Below, piece after piece: positions 1 to 14,018 of a stretch of 64,000 bases of DNA; the first letter of the stretch is position 1; each line of letters opens with the position of its first letter. This DNA comes from Mobula hypostoma (lineage: Eukaryota). The notes under the pieces were generated by a model. It ran no database searches. It saw only the letters and a program-made list of their open reading frames with translations, and was not told where the DNA came from. The position numbers and the translations under genes were made by a program. Where the stretch lies: NCBI RefSeq assembly GCF_963921235.1, contig NC_086108.1, forward strand, positions 8,494,001-8,558,000. Direction: 5' to 3'.

Positions 1-666
1 ACACTCAAAATGCTGGAGGAACTCAGCAGGTCAGGCAGCATCTGTGGAAAGGAATACAGGGTCGACCTTTCGGGCCAAAACTCAGCACCCTTGTGTTAAG
101 ACAGAAATCAGCTGGCTGGAAAGTGGACTGACCAACTCTCCCTCATCTCTACCTGTGAAGTTCAAGAGGGGCACAAATTCGACTGGGCTTCAGACAAAGT
201 CATGGCACAAACAAACACATAGCCTGCAAGACAATTTCTAGAAGTGTGGTTTTCCACAAACAATTCGGTAAACAGACAGATAGAGCTCGATCCTATTTAT
301 GAGACAATGTGGGCAAAATTCCAGACAACCCACAAAGTTCGCCACACAACCAACCAGTGACGAGAATGCCTCCCCATGTCTGAACTGAGTTTCCGTAATA
401 ACAACCAATCAGCTGATTGATGAGTATATAAAGACCAAGCATTCCGAGGACACACCTCAATTCACAGCGCACTGATATCTTCTGGTATGGTGACAAAACA
501 TTTGCAAGTAAGCTGCCAAGATCAGGGAACAACTCAACCCAATTATCAACTACCCAAGCTACACATTTTAGAATCAGAATCAGGTTTAATATCACTGAAA
601 TTTGTTAACTTTATGGCTGCAGTACAATACATGATAAACAAACAGAGGAAAAAACTGAGATACATT

Positions 667-668
<2 letters not shown>

Positions 669-712
<44 letters not shown>
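669..712. repeat. (GT)n microsatellite
   Basis: Direct reading; an (AT)n run also lies at about 57498-57531. Confidence 0.98.
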
Positions 713-714
<2 letters not shown>

Positions 715-2079
715 ACACGGAAATGTAAAATAAAAGGTATTGTTCATGGGTTCAATGTCCATTCAGAAATCAGATGGCAGAGGGGAAGAAGCTGTTCCTA
801 AATTGCTGAGTGTCTGTCTCCAGGCTCCTGTACCTCCTTTTCCGAGTTAGAAACCAGCTGATGTTCCCCCATTTCTCATTCTGGCTTCTTCCCCCTTCCA
901 TTCCAGTACGGGTCTCACACCGAAACATCGCACATTTATTCCCTCTGTTGATGCTGCCTGACCTGCTGAGTTCCCCCAGCGTTTTCAGGAGGGAAAGAGA
1001 AGAAGCTTTTACCTTGCCCGACCCACCCAAAGACTTCAAATCAGTCATAAACAGCTCAGTCACAGTCAGTGAAAGAAGCACAAGAGACGATGGGAATGTG
1101 CTTTAAGAGATTAGTCACCAAGACGATACTCCACTAACCGGTTTAACAACCTAACTTGTAATCATTAACTCTCAGAAACAGTTAAAACTTGTGCGTACAT
1201 CTGGAGCACCTCCAGCTCATGACTGCATACACCATATGTTATGCTTTGTAACTTCAAAACATTAAGCTAATTCAAATGAGGATACAGGAGCCCGAAATGC
1301 AGAACTCACACTCATTGATTCAGGAAAACCTTCTTCCCCTTTACCATCAGTTTTCTGAGCGGACATTGAATCCACGAACACTACCTCACCACTTTTTTAT
1401 TTCTATTTTTGCACTACTTAATTTATCTTATTAAAATATGTTTATATAAAGATATTTTTTAAATATATTTAGCTTTATAATATACATATAATTCTTCCTG
1501 TAAGTTACAGTTTTTATTATGTGTTTCATTGTACTGCTGCCATGTAACAACAAATTTCACAACATATACTGGAGATACTAAACCTGATTCCGGGTCGAAC
1601 CTCGTGTTTACATTAAGCGAGGTGCACACGTATCATGTGGTCCTGTGATGGCGTATGCAATTCATGTATTTATATGTATAACCCATAAATATTTTAAAAA
1701 ACCAAGAATGCTTAAACAATAGACACGCGCACACATATATACTCAAATATAACTCAAATATTAAATACACATCAGCATAGACTGCGCAACTAAGGCCATC
1801 ACTGTCAAACCCAGTTGTAGGACAGAAGAAATTTCACTGCTGTATGCAGTAGAAGGACCAAGGTATGGGAGGTACATTCTAGAAACCACTCTGTTATGAC
1901 ACCAGAAACATTTTCCAAACACTCACTCAACAGGTTAAATCATTGACTAAACTTATTCATCGCAGTACATCTACAACCCCTGTAGAGCCAGCCAGGTTCC
2001 TCCTAGGAAGACAGAATCACAGTCCGGTTTATTATCAATGACATACGCTTGGTGACCACTTTGTTATGTACACCTGCCC

Positions 2080-2405
2080 CTTCCGCCACTGGCGTTTAGG
2101 GCCACAGTGAAAATCCTCCATCTCCGTCTCTCCACACTGTCACACTCAGATTCAGAAGGATTCTACATTGATGTCTCTGTAACAGCTTTGTTTGACCAGT
2201 CAGGGTTGTTAGCCCTGAGCTGAACCCCTGAACCTGCAGGACCGGTGAACCACTCTCAGTCTGACCTCTATCCTTTGACCTGTTTGGCATGGGTGACCCT
2301 ACTCAGAGCCAAATCATAAAACCCTGACTCCAGGCAACCAGAATAGCTCTCCGAGTCATCGAGGCACGCAAGCCTCCAAGCCCGACGACAAGGCTGTGGC
2401 CCTCT
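2080..2405 (-). mobile_element. Non-autonomous RTE-related element (5' UTR-like part fused to 3' end); related copy split at 43600-43791 / 44578-44660
   Basis: Shared sequence between the two loci; resemblance to RTE termini is from memory only. Confidence 0.45.
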
Positions 2406-2699
2406 GTATACCTGCTCATTAGTGCAAACATCTAATCAGCCAATCCTGCAGCATCTTCAACATCACTACATGTCACGTCATATGACGTGGGTGATCACAG
2501 TCCCATGACTAGGATCATTCTTGGCAAATTTTTCTACAGAAGTGGTTTGCCATTGCCACCTTCTGGGCAGTGTCTTTACAAGATAGGTAACACCAGCCAT
2601 TATCAATACTCTTCAGAGATTGTCTGCCTGGCATCAGTGATTGCATAACCAGGACATGTGATATGCACCGGCTGCTCCCATGATCCTGATTGGGCTGGA

Positions 2700-3140
2700 G
2701 TCATGTGGCAGCAACTCAATGCATAAAAGCATGCCGACATGGTCAAGAGGTTCAGTTGTTGTTGAGACCAAACATCCGAATGGGGAAGAAAGGTGATCTC
2801 AGTGACTTTGATCTGGAATGATCATTGGTGCCAGACGGGGTGGTTTGAGAAACTGCTGCAGATTACCCTGGATTTTCAGGCACAAGTCTATAGTTTACAG
2901 AGAATGGTGCAAAAACATCAAAAAAAAAAATCCAGTGAGTGGCCGTTCTGTGGGCGAAAATGCTTTATTAATGAGAAAGGACAGAGGAGAATGGGCAGAC
3001 TGGTTCAAGCTGACAGGAAGGTGACAGTAACTCAAATAACCACACGTTACCACAGTGGTGTGGAGAAGAGCATCTCTGAACGTACAATATACCAAACCTT
3101 GACGTGGATAAGCTGCAGCAGCTGAAGACCACGAACATAC
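2700..3140 (+). mobile_element. Tc1 transposase remnant
   Basis: RRMGRLVQADRKVTVTQITTRY..KSISERT (Tc1 HTH region); related copies near 10.0 and 44.7 kb. Confidence 0.7.
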
Positions 3141-3562
3141 ACTCAATGGTAACTTCATTGGATACAGGATGGAGTTGATAAAGTTTCCCCTGGGTGTTGT
3201 CTTGCAACAGCAGTACAGTGCAATACATAAAAACTGACTAAATGTAAAATCTAAACAAATAGTGCACAAAGGGCAAAGCTCGAAGCAAGTTTATCATCAA
3301 GGTACATAAATGTCATCATATACAACCCAGAGATTCATTCTCTAGTGGGAATACTCAATAAATCCATAGAATAATAACCATAACAGAATCAACGAAAGAC
3401 CAGACCAACTCGAGCATTCAACCAGTGTGCATAAGACAACAAACTACAAACACAAAAATAGTAATAATGAATAATCAATAAATATTGAGAACGTGAGATG
3501 AAGAGTTCTTGAAATGAGTCCATTTGTTGTTGGAACATTTCAAGGATGGGGCAAGTGAAGTT

Positions 3563-3797
3563 GAGTGAAGTTATCTCCTCTCGTTCAGGAGCCTGATGGT
3601 TGTGGGGTAATAACTGTTCCTGAACCTGGTGGTGTGGGACCTGAGGCTCATTGTGGTGAGTGAAGTTATCCACACTGGTTCAGGAGCCTGATGGTTGTGG
3701 GGTAATAACTGTTCCTGAACCTGGTGGTGTGGGACCTGAGGCTCATTGTGGTGAGTGAAGTTATCCACACTGGTTCAGGAGCCTGATGGTTGTGGGT
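3563..3797 (-). repeat. 95-bp tandem array (about 2.5 units)
   Basis: Same unit and junction. Confidence 0.9.
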
Positions 3798-4269
3798 GGA
3801 GTTAGTGCTGCCCCACCCCCCCCAGTGTTTGCTCAGCCGAAGACAAGCTCTGTTGTTTTCTTCTGCAGATTTTGGCGGCTTTGGAAGGCTTCAGTTTGGT
3901 CTCTTTAATCGAGTGGCTGTATCTTTCTATCTTGTATGTGCTATGTGTGCATTGTGCCATGTGTGACTGTTGGTATTCTGTTTTGTACCTTGGCTCTGGA
4001 GTAACGATGTCTTGTTTGGCTGTATTCATGGAGGGGTGGATGACAATTAAACTTGAATTGAATTTATTTATTATTATTATTTCTTTTTGTATTTGCACAG
4101 TTTGCTGTGTTCTGCACTCTGTTGAACAGCCAAGTTGGGGCATTATGCTATGGATTTACTGAGCATGCCCACAAGAAAATTAATCTCAGGGCTGTATATG
4201 GTGACATACATGTACTTTGATAACAAATTTATTACCATTTCTGGTAAAGCTTCATTTGAATCAGAATTA

Positions 4270-4890
4270 GTCAGAGAAAAGTACAAACACAGAAACAGGC
4301 CCTCCGGCCCATCTACTCCCTTCCCCCTCCATACCCCTACTATCCATGTACCTATGCAAACTTCTCCTACGCATTGAAATCCACCTGCACCGGGACCATC
4401 GCCCTCCATACCCCTACTATCCACGCACCTATGCAAACTTCTCCTAAACATTGAAATCGAGCTTGCATGCCCCACTTGTGCTGGTAGCTCGCTCCACTCC
4501 ACACTCCCACCACCCTCTGAGTGAAGAAGTTTCCCCTCATGTTCCCCTTAAACTTTTCATCTTCACCTTAACCCATGCCTCTGGTGGTAGTTCCATCCAA
4601 CTGGTTGCAGTCCCATCCACCCTCAGTGGAAAAAGTCTGCTTGCATTTACCCTATCTATACCCCTCATAATTTTGTATACCTCTATCAAATCTTCTACAT
4701 CCCAAGGAATAAAGTCCTAACCTATTCAGTCTTTCCTTATAACTCAGGTCCTCCAGACCCGGCAACATCCTTATAAGTTACCTCTTCACTTTTTCAATCT
4801 TGTTTACATCTCTCCTGTACGTAGGTGACCAAAACTGCAAATACTCCAAATTACGTCTCACCACTATCTTATACAACTTCACCATAACAT
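4270..4890 (-). mobile_element. CR1 3' end (second subfamily; a similar copy lies at about 46705-47050, + strand)
   Basis: FFTQRVV..W.ELPAQV.HASSIS.F motif in both copies. Confidence 0.7.
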
Positions 4891-5309
4891 AAATCAGGTT
4901 TAATATCACTGGCATGTATAGAGAAATTGGTTGTTTTGTGGCAGCAGTACAATGCAATACATAACAAACTATAACTTACAGTAGGAAATATTTCAAAAAT
5001 TTTTAATTAAATAAGTATGCAAAGAGAGAGCAAAATAAATATTGAGGTAGTGTACACGACTTCAATGTCTGAGTTCCACCATGTGCCCATGACGGTGCTG
5101 AGTTCCTATCATCTTTACTTTCGCTGGAAATTCATGACTGCACCACTTTTTTTTTTGCTGTGTTTGACCTTTAAAGGAATGTACATTTGTTGCAGATTGT
5201 GTGGTATGTCCTTAACTGCCCGCATGTCAGACTTTTTAAAATGTAATTTTCCCAGTCGCCCACAGCCAACTCGTCTCTCACACCATCACAATCTCCTTTG
5301 TTCAGATTA

Positions 5310-6050
5310 AAGACACAAAGAGATTCTGCAGACGCTGGAAACCCAGAACACACACGAAATGCAGGAGGAGCTCAGCAGGGCAGGCAGCGTCTAGGGGAAA
5401 ATAAATAGTTGGCAGTCAAGCCAAGGCCCTTCTTCAGGACTGGAAAGGAGGGGGAAGATGCCTAAATAAAAAGGTGAGGGGGGGGAGGGAAAGAGTCTAG
5501 CTGGAAGGTGATATTTGAAGCCAGGTGGGTGGGAAAGGCCAAGGGCTGGAGAAGAAAGAATCTGATAGGAGAGGAGAGTGGACCATAGGAGAAAGGGAAG
5601 GAGGGGGAGACCCAGGGGGAGGTAATAGGCAGGTGAGAAGTGAAAGGTCAGTGTGGGGAATAGAGGAAGGGGGAGGGGGAGGAAATGGGTATTCACGCCA
5701 TCAGTTTGGAGGCTAGCCAGATGGAATACAAGGTGTTGCTCCTCCGCTCTGAGAGTGGCCTCATTGTGGTAAACCATGTATATATGTTGTAACTGGGTTA
5801 CCTGTCTGGACACACCCCTCTGCTGACTGCCCCTGTGGCTCCTCCCACAGAGTCCTGTATAAAGGTGTTCGCCTTGCCCCTCCCCCTCAGTCCGGGGGCA
5901 GACACTCACCGTGGAAGTCGTATTGTACAGCGAATAAAAGCCTTTCAGTATTTTACCAAACCTCAGTCTTTTGGAGTAATTGAAGGTGCTTCACTCATCT
6001 TGATACAAGAGGAGGCCGTGAACTGATGGGTCGGAACGGGAATGGGCATG
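5310..6050 (-). mobile_element. Penelope-like 3' fragment interrupted by a solo LTR
   Basis: EATLRAEEQHLVFHLASLQTDGVN matches the 43.8-kb GIY-YIG C-terminus. Confidence 0.75.
5765..5993 (+). mobile_element. Solo LTR (229 bp)
   Basis: TG...CA ends, TATAAA and AATAAA inside, 5-bp TSD CTCAT (5760-5764, 5994-5998). Confidence 0.8.
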
Positions 6051-7232
6051 AAAATGTTTTGCCGCTGGGAAGCCCCGCTTTATGGAGGTGCTCAAAGAAA
6101 CAGCCCCCCAGTTTACAACGGGACTCACCGATGCAGTGGGAAGATGCAGCTTGACTTGCTGAATTCCTTCAACATTTTGTGTGTGTTACCTCAGATTAAA
6201 GATGCTCGTTTCAAGCTGAGTGGCATCCATTTAACTTCCCTCTTCGGGTCTCTTTGCAACTGATTATTTACGAACCCTCTCTAACCAGACGTTAATTCAA
6301 CCCTCTTGTTCCTCCACACACTGATTCAGAAACTCATTACTTATCTGGTCTTGTAACAGTATTTCATTACGTGTACATTGAAGCATACAGTGAAACGCAC
6401 CGTTTAGGGTGCAGCTCACGAGCGTCGTCATGCTTCCAGTGACACTGTAACATGCCCAGATCTTACTGTCGTTAACCTGTACGTCTTTGGAATGTTCAAA
6501 GTACATTTATTATCAAAGTATGTATACATTATGCAAACTTGAGATTTGTCTCTTCACAGGCAGCCACAAAGCGAGAAACCCAATAGAGCCCATTTTCAAA
6601 AAATCACCCAATGTGCAGGGAAAAAAAAGCAAATCATACAAACAGCAAAAGTAAGCAAACAACATTCAGAACAGAAGTTCACGAAAGTGAGTCCACAGCG
6701 ATGAAGCCAGCGGCCGATTCAGGAGGCAGTTAGTTGCAGGCCACAGTCTCAGCTCAGCGCAGAGATGAGTAAATCCCATGGAGCATTGAGCAGAACCGGC
6801 CTGCCCCTCACCTCCGGCCCCGGCACCCTAACCTTTTCAACCTGGCCCAGTGCTTAAATCGTCCAAACCTTGGGTTATTCCTCACTCTCGGACCTGAACC
6901 CTACCACTTTGATATGCTCTTGGGGCTGGGCCCCACGACAGCCTAAATTCGACCCCGTACCCATCCTTACCAATTTGGCCGGCACTTAAACTGGTCACAT
7001 CTCGGGTCTTCCCTCACTCTCAGGCCTGGGCCGCACCGCCACGGCTCCGCTCACCTCAGTTCTGCCTCATCAAGTCGGCTCCAGCAATGGCCAAACATTG
7101 GCTCATTCCTTCCTCCCGGGCCCAGGCCTCACCACCTCGATGTGGCCTGTACATGCCACACCACAACCATTCTGCACCTTCGAGACTTCAGTTCACACTG
7201 CAAAAATGCCAGGTTGTACAGACGGTTTAAAA

Positions 7233-7795
7233 CAGGGTTGCCAACTGTCCTGTATTAGCCGGGACATCCCGTATATTGGGCTAAATTGGTTTGTCCCATA
7301 CGGGACTACCCTTGTCCTGTATTTCCCCCGCTAAGGTAGAGCGTTCCTATGAAACTGTTCGTGAGCCAAAATGGCGTAAAGCGAAGAAGCAATTACCATT
7401 ATTTTATATGGGAAAACTTTTTGAGCGTTCCCAGACCCAGAAAATAACCTACCAAATCATACCAAATAGCACATAGAACCTAAAGTAACACTAACATATA
7501 GTAAAAGCAGGAATGACATGATAAATACACAGCCTATATAAAATAGAAATAACGTATGTACAGTGTAGTTTCACTTAACAGAATCAGGAAGATTAAGCCA
7601 AAACCGATTTGTAGAAAAAAAAAATTGGCACGTACACGCATGCAAACGACACACATGCGCACGTTGCTCATGCGCACACAGATGCCCATGCAAGGCTTCA
7701 TGGTCATAGTAGTCTTTCTCAGGGTATACACAAGTGTCCCGTATTTGACTGCTACTTTTGTCCCTTATTTGGGAGCGAGAAAGTTGGCAACCCTA
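7233..7795. mobile_element. hAT-family MITE
   Basis: TIR AGGGTTGCCAACT / AGTTGGCAACCCT; 8-bp TSD GTTTAAAA (7225-7232, 7796-7803). Confidence 0.9.
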
Positions 7796-8700
7796 GTTTA
7801 AAAGCTCAACTCTGAAAGGGAAGTTACGGGCTCTTGGTTGAAGTGATTGTTCAACCAGAAAAAGTCTGATTAATAAAGTGATTTTCTTGTTTTGTTTGCA
7901 AGTCTTCACTGCGCTTCACCAGTGCCATCTTAAGCAGGAAAGTGGAGGAAATACATGTGGGGACAATAAACAAACTCCTTACAGGCAGCAGTGGGAATTG
8001 AACCTGGGTTGCTGGTGCTTTAAATCATTACGCCACAGTGCAACCCATCTCCGTGCGGATTGAAACTAATATGAGCACCAAAGGTGGAGATTTTGCATCA
8101 GTTTGGGAAATTACAGCAACCAAGATGGCTGCGACTCGATGGCACAACTCATGCTCCTGCTGGCCAAACCACAAGGAAGTGTGTGGGTGGGAAAGGCTCC
8201 TCTCTTTGACCAAAGTTCAGACCATTAAGCAATAAAGTGCAAAGGATATAACTATACCACAGTGTTTCACTTGTTAAAAGTTAATCTGCAACTTCTCTAG
8301 GCCTGGGAATACAGACCAGAGAAGCATTAGGCTATCAGCACAAGGCTGTGTGCTTAGCCTCCCCAGTTCTACTCGCTTTACACCAAGCACAGCTCCAACG
8401 CCATATTCAGTTTGCCGATGACACCACCGTCGTTGGCCAAGTCAAAGGTGGTGACGATTCAGCTTGTAGGAGGGAGACTGAAAGTCTGGCTGAGTGGGGT
8501 GATAACAGCAACCTCTCACCCAACATCACCAAAAACAAAGAGCTGATTATTGACCACAGGAGGAGGAAACCAGAGGTCCATGAACCAGTCTTCATCAGGG
8601 GATCAAGGGTGGAGAGGGTCACATTTTAAATTCCTTGGTGTTTTCATTTTAGAGGATCTGTCCTGGGACTAGCACGCATCGTAGCGCCTCTACTGTCTTA

Positions 8701-9159
8701 AGCCTGATTTATACTTGTGCGTACGGGCTACGCCATAGGCCTGATTTATACTTCTGCGTAGCCCTGCGCCCCAGTGAGCATGCGTTGTTGGGTCTGCGTC
8801 GCTCTGCAATTCGTCGCCAAAATGCTAGTTGGCGGTGGGGTTTCTTTGCCACTGTGTTGAGTTCCTTCGTCAGAGACGTGGACGAGGAAATGCATTTCAA
8901 ATATTTTCAGCTGTCAGCAGGTAGATTTGACGATTTGGTTCATCGTCTCCAACCATTCATTTCACATCAGTGTACAGACATGGCGGAGAGAAGCAACTGG
9001 AAATGCCTAGGAGGAAATGCGATGCTACCAAGCGGACCAATCACAGTTGTTGCGGTCTGCGTCGCTGAAGTTACTTTTTTGGGGAGGTGCACGTCACTCT
9101 ATGGCGTAGGGTACGCGGTACCTACGGCGTACATTTGACGCAGAAGTATAAATCAGGCT
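8701..9159 (+). mobile_element. PIF/Harbinger deletion derivative inside a Rex1 fragment
   Basis: TIR AGCCTGATTTATACTT..; TTA/TAA flanks; transposase remnant DEEMHFKYFQLSAGRFDDLVHRLQPFI; left TIR duplicated at about 8738. Confidence 0.8.
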
Positions 9160-9913
9160 TAAGAAGTTTGCAAAGATTCAGCATGAAACTTTGACAGACT
9201 TCTATAGACATGTAATGGAGAGTACGTTGTAGTGGAGAACACCTATTGAAAGGAGGTTGAGACTCGTGGGGAAAGCTCATGTTCCTGCTGACCAAACCAG
9301 TTTGGTAGGATTCTCACTCTCTCATTTGACTGTACGGCTGAGATGGCAATCAGGCCACACCACAACAGGGAATTGTGTGGGTGGGAAGAGCTCCTCTCCA
9401 GAGCATTGAGGGCCTGGTATGGAAACACCAATGCCCAGGAATGGAAAAGCCTACAAAAAGTGGTGGATAATGCCCAGTCCATCACAGGTAAAGCCCTCCC
9501 CACCATTGAGCAGATCTATGCAGAGCACCGTTGCAGGAAAGCAGCATCCATCATCAAGGATCCGTGCCATCTAGACCATGCTCTCCTCTCGCTCCTGCCA
9601 TCAGGAAGGTGGTACAGAAGCCTCAGGATTCGCACCACCAGGTTCAGGAACAATTACCCCACAACCATCAGGATCCTGAACCAGTGTGGATAACTTCACT
9701 CACCTCAACTCTGAACTGATTCCACAACCTACAGACTCACTCTGCAACTCATGTTTTCAGTATTTGTTTTATTTGCATAATTTACCTTCTTTACTCATTG
9801 GTTGTCGGGCAGTCTTTGCTTATGCATAGCTTTTTGTAAATTTTATGGTATTTCTTTATTTTCCTGTAAATACCCATAAGAAAATGAATCTCAAGGTAAT
9901 ATATAGTGACATA

Positions 9914-10859
9914 CACTCAGTGGCCCCTTTACTGGATACCTCCCGTACTCAATAAAATGGCCACTGAGTGAATGTCCATGATCCTCTGCTGCTGTAGCCT
10001 GTCCACTTCAAGGTTCAACGTGTTGTGCATTCAGAGACGCTCTTCTGCACACCACTGTTGTAACACGTGGTTATTTGAGTTACTGGCACCTTCCCCTCAG
10101 CTTGAACCAGTCTAGCCATTCTCTTCTGTCCTCTCTCATTAACAAGGCTTTTTCACCCACAGAACTGCTGCTCACTGGATTTTTTTTTTGTTCTCTGCAC
10201 ACTCTAGAGATCGATGTGCGTGAAAAGCCCAGAACTCCTGCAGTTCCTCAAACTGCCCCATCTGGCACCAGGGTCAAAGTTACCTCGATCACATTCCTTC
10301 TCCATTCTGGTGTTTGGTTTGAACAACCACTGAACCTGTTGACCACGTCTGCATGCCTTTGCACATCGAGTTGCAGCCACGCGATTGGCTGATTAGATAT
10401 TTGCATTAACCAGGTGTGCGGGTGCACTTTGACCACTGAGTGTACAGTACTGCGCAAAAGCCTTGGGAACCCTGTTTTTTTTTTTTTTAAACACCTCGTT
10501 TCAGATGAGATGGTCTCCACGGAGCCCTGATCTCAACATCGAGGCTGTCTGGGACTACCAGGCGAGACAGAAGTGAGCGAGGCAGCCATAGTTGCAGAAG
10601 AACTATGGCAAGTTGTCCAAGTTGGAACAACTTACCAGCCAGTTTTCTTATAAAACTGCACAACAGTGTACCCAAGAGAAATGATGCAATTTGCAAGGGT
10701 GGTCACACCAAATGTTGATTGGATTTAGGACTTTTTTTTTTAAACTGTTTACTGCTCTTTATAGTAACATTTTTGATATTTAGAAATTTGGTTATTTTTG
10801 AAAGCATCTTCACTGTACAGAATTTTTTAAACATTTGCCCGAGACTTTGCACAGTACTG
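9914..10859. mobile_element. Two abutting Tc1/mariner MITEs (9914-10442 and 10445-10859) sharing one TA
   Basis: TIR pairs CACTCAGTGG/CCACTGAGTG and CAGTACTG(C/T)GCAAA; remnant WSPRSPDLNIEAVW. Confidence 0.75.
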
Positions 10860-11339
10860 AATGTACTGGTTGTATTTTACAGTTGATTCTACTGCCTCAA
10901 ACCAACAAATGTCAGCAATAATCAACCTGATTCTCATCCTAATTCACACCTCGGTGATCCCAGCCCCTTCCCACACTCAGGTTTAATACCACCGGCATCA
11001 TGTCGTGAAATTTGTTAACTTTACAGCAGCGGTACATGATAAATAAACAGAGAGGAAAAAAAAGATAAAAAAGTAGAGGAGGTAGTGTTCATGGGTTCAA
11101 TGTCCATTCAGATATCGGACATTACTGAGTAGGATGAAGCTGTTTATCCCACACAGAGGGGAAGAAGCTGTTCCTGAATTGCTGCGTGTGTACCTCCTTC
11201 CCGACGGCAAGAGAGTGAAGAGTGCATGCCCTGGGTGGTGGGGGGATTCTTAGTGTTGGACGCCACCTTACAGGCAGGTTTGCTAGAGCTGTTGTGGAGG
11301 GTTTAAGCTAGTTTTGTAGTCAGGCGAGATGGTAGCGTG

Positions 11340-12120
11340 ATAGATCAGAGGGTGGGGCAATTGGTATAAAGATAAATGCAACGCATAGAGAGATTGTGAA
11401 GTGGGTAGAGCGTAGCTGCCGTTAGTTGGATGGGTTGAGATGCGTCTATTTTAATGCAATAAGTATGAGAACAAGGGTGATGAACGTAGAGCATGGGCCA
11501 GTACATGGAACTGTGACATTGTGGCCATTACAGAAACTTGGCTGTCACAGGGATGGAATGGCTAATGGATGTTCTGGTGTTTGAATCTTTCAGACGGACA
11601 GGGAGGGAGGTAGAAGATTGCTGATCAGTAATAGTGTCACTGCAGCAGAGAGCAACATCATTGTGGAAGGAGTCAGTGTGGGTGCAAGTCAGAAACAAGA
11701 ATGGAGCAATCACTCTATTGGACCCCGATAGCAGCAGACACCGAGGAACAGATTGGCAGGCAGGTTTTGGAAAGGTGTAAAAAAAATAACAGGACTGCTG
11801 TCATGGGCGACTTCAACTTCCCTGCTGTAGATTGGCACCTCCTAAGTGTAAACAGTTTTGATGGGGCAGAATTTGTTAGGTGTGTCCAGGATGGATTGCT
11901 GACACAATATGTGGACAGGCTGACGAGAGGAGAGACCATACCAGACCTGGTGCTAGGTGATGAACCTAGTCAGTTGACAGATCTCTTGGTGGACGAGTAT
12001 TTCAGAGGAGCGATAACGCTCATAACCTTGGACAGGATAGGAGCAAAAAGTATGGGAATGTATTGACTTGGGTTGATCCTATTAGGGAGCAACTTGGTAG
12101 CATAAAATAGGAAAAGATTT
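11340..12120 (+). mobile_element. CR1 endonuclease fragment
   Basis: ORF 11701-12066: VMGDFNFPAVDW..LTQYVDRLTRGETIPDLVL. Confidence 0.8.
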
Positions 12121-12644
12121 ACAGAAATGTGGAGTTTTCTTTTATTTATTTACAGTGTAGAATAGGCCCTTCTTGCCCTTCAAGCCGTACCGCCCACCAA
12201 CCTCCCGATTTAACCCTTGCCTAATCACAGGACAATTTACAACGACCAATTAACCTGACTGTGGCAGGAAACCAGAGCACCCGGAGGAAACCCACGCGCT
12301 CACTCAGAGAATGTACAAAATCCTCGCAGGCAGCGGCAGGAGCCAGCAAAGAGCTTAAGAATGGACCCAGGAGAGCTAGAAGGGGAGATGAGGAGGTTTT
12401 GGCTTGCAGAATTAAGAAACACTCCAAGGTGTTGCACAAAAGAAAATTCTAGGAGAGGCGCATGAGCATGAGCTCCCTCAAAGGGAAGATCAGAGACGAC
12501 GTGCGGGGCCATGATTGACCATGTTTCCTGCCAATTAAAGCATAGAGGAAAATTGAGACATTGGGGCAACTGGGGAGGAGAGCGAGTGGTCGAACAGTCA
12601 CTGTCCTCAGAATGCCGCTAGGTTTGAGTCACTGTCCTCGGAAG

Positions 12645-13067
12645 GCTGGAATTCAGAAGGATGGGGGATGCGGAATCTCATTGAAACCTTTCGAATGTTG
12701 AAAGGCCTAGACAGAGTAGATGTGGAAAGGATGTTTCCCATGGTGGGGGAGTCTAGGACAAGAGGGCACAGCCTCAGGATAGAGGGGCGTCCATTTAAAA
12801 CAGAGATGCGGAGAAATTTCTCTAGCCAAAGGGTGGTGAATTTGCGGAATTTGTTACCACAGGCAGCTGTGGAGGCCAGGTCGTTGGGTGTATATTTGAG
12901 GCAGAGATTGATAGGTTTTTGATTGAACATGGCATCAAAGGTTACGGGGAGAAGGCTGGGGAATGGGGTTGAGGAGAGGAAAAGAGCATCAGCCATGATT
13001 GAATGGTGGAGCAGACTCGATGGGCCAATGGCCTAATTCTGCTCCTATGTCTCACGGTCTTACGGTC
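12645..13067 (+). mobile_element. CR1 3' end
   Basis: LIETFRMLKGLDRVDVERMFPMVGESRTRGHSLRI..; 3' UTR matches the other CR1 copies. Confidence 0.85.
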
Positions 13068-14018
13068 CTTGAAGATGTCTCGGATACTACAGAGGTTGGT
13101 ACCCATGATGGAGATGACTGATTTTACAAGTTTCTGAAACCTATTTCAATCTTGCGCAATAGCCACACCCCCCACTCCCCCACTAGAGCAGACAGCGACA
13201 CAGCCAGTCAGAATGCTCTCCATGGTACTTGAAAACTTCAAATGTGTTTTAGTTGACAAACCAAATCTCCCCAAACTCCTAATGAAATATAGCCACTGCC
13301 TTGCCTTCTTTATAGCTTTATGACTTTTTAGCTCTGTCCTCCCTCCCTGCCTTACCCTGGACTCCAAGCAGTGTAATCGGTCTGATCACGGCGGATGTGA
13401 CAATTGCCCACAGGAAATAACACCCAGGTGTTGTCACCTGCCCTACCACACAGAAACCCCGCCCAAGGAAAACCTACTGCCCTTTAATGATGCAGGTTAC
13501 ATCACCCTTTCTGGCGTGTACACGCACACTTCCCTGGCGCATCTTTGCGCTAACCCACTTCTGAGGGAGGGCTGGAATTTGGCAGAGGGCGTGGCAACAT
13601 CTCGATTCAGATACAGGGCGGATTAACTCTTCCAGTCCCGGCTTCCAGAAGGCAACGACATAACAACGCCAGAGACCCTGGGTTTGATCGAAGCCTCCAG
13701 TGCTGTCTATGTTGAGCTTGCAAGCTCTCCGCCATGACTGCGTCCCTTGGGGCACTTCAATTTCCTCCCGTACCCCCAATAGAGGCAAAGGACTCCTTTA
13801 TACTCCTGCATATTCCCATTGGGTTCACTGGGGACTGGACGGCAGCACTAAGGAGGGTTAAACTTGCCACTGTAAATTGTTTCCCCCCCACCAGTCTGTG
13901 GTTGAGGGGTAGAATTGGGATGGGGGGGGAGAGAAGATGGTGGGGAGAAGGTACAGGGGAAATAAAATGAATGGGATTGCTGTGAGCCAGAATGAACTCG
14001 AAGGGGCAAAGTGCCTCC

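Noticed and set aside
6042..6263. YGG-containing ORF as a possible Kunitz exon
   Set aside because: Wrong strand for the gene and lacks the Kunitz cysteine spacing.
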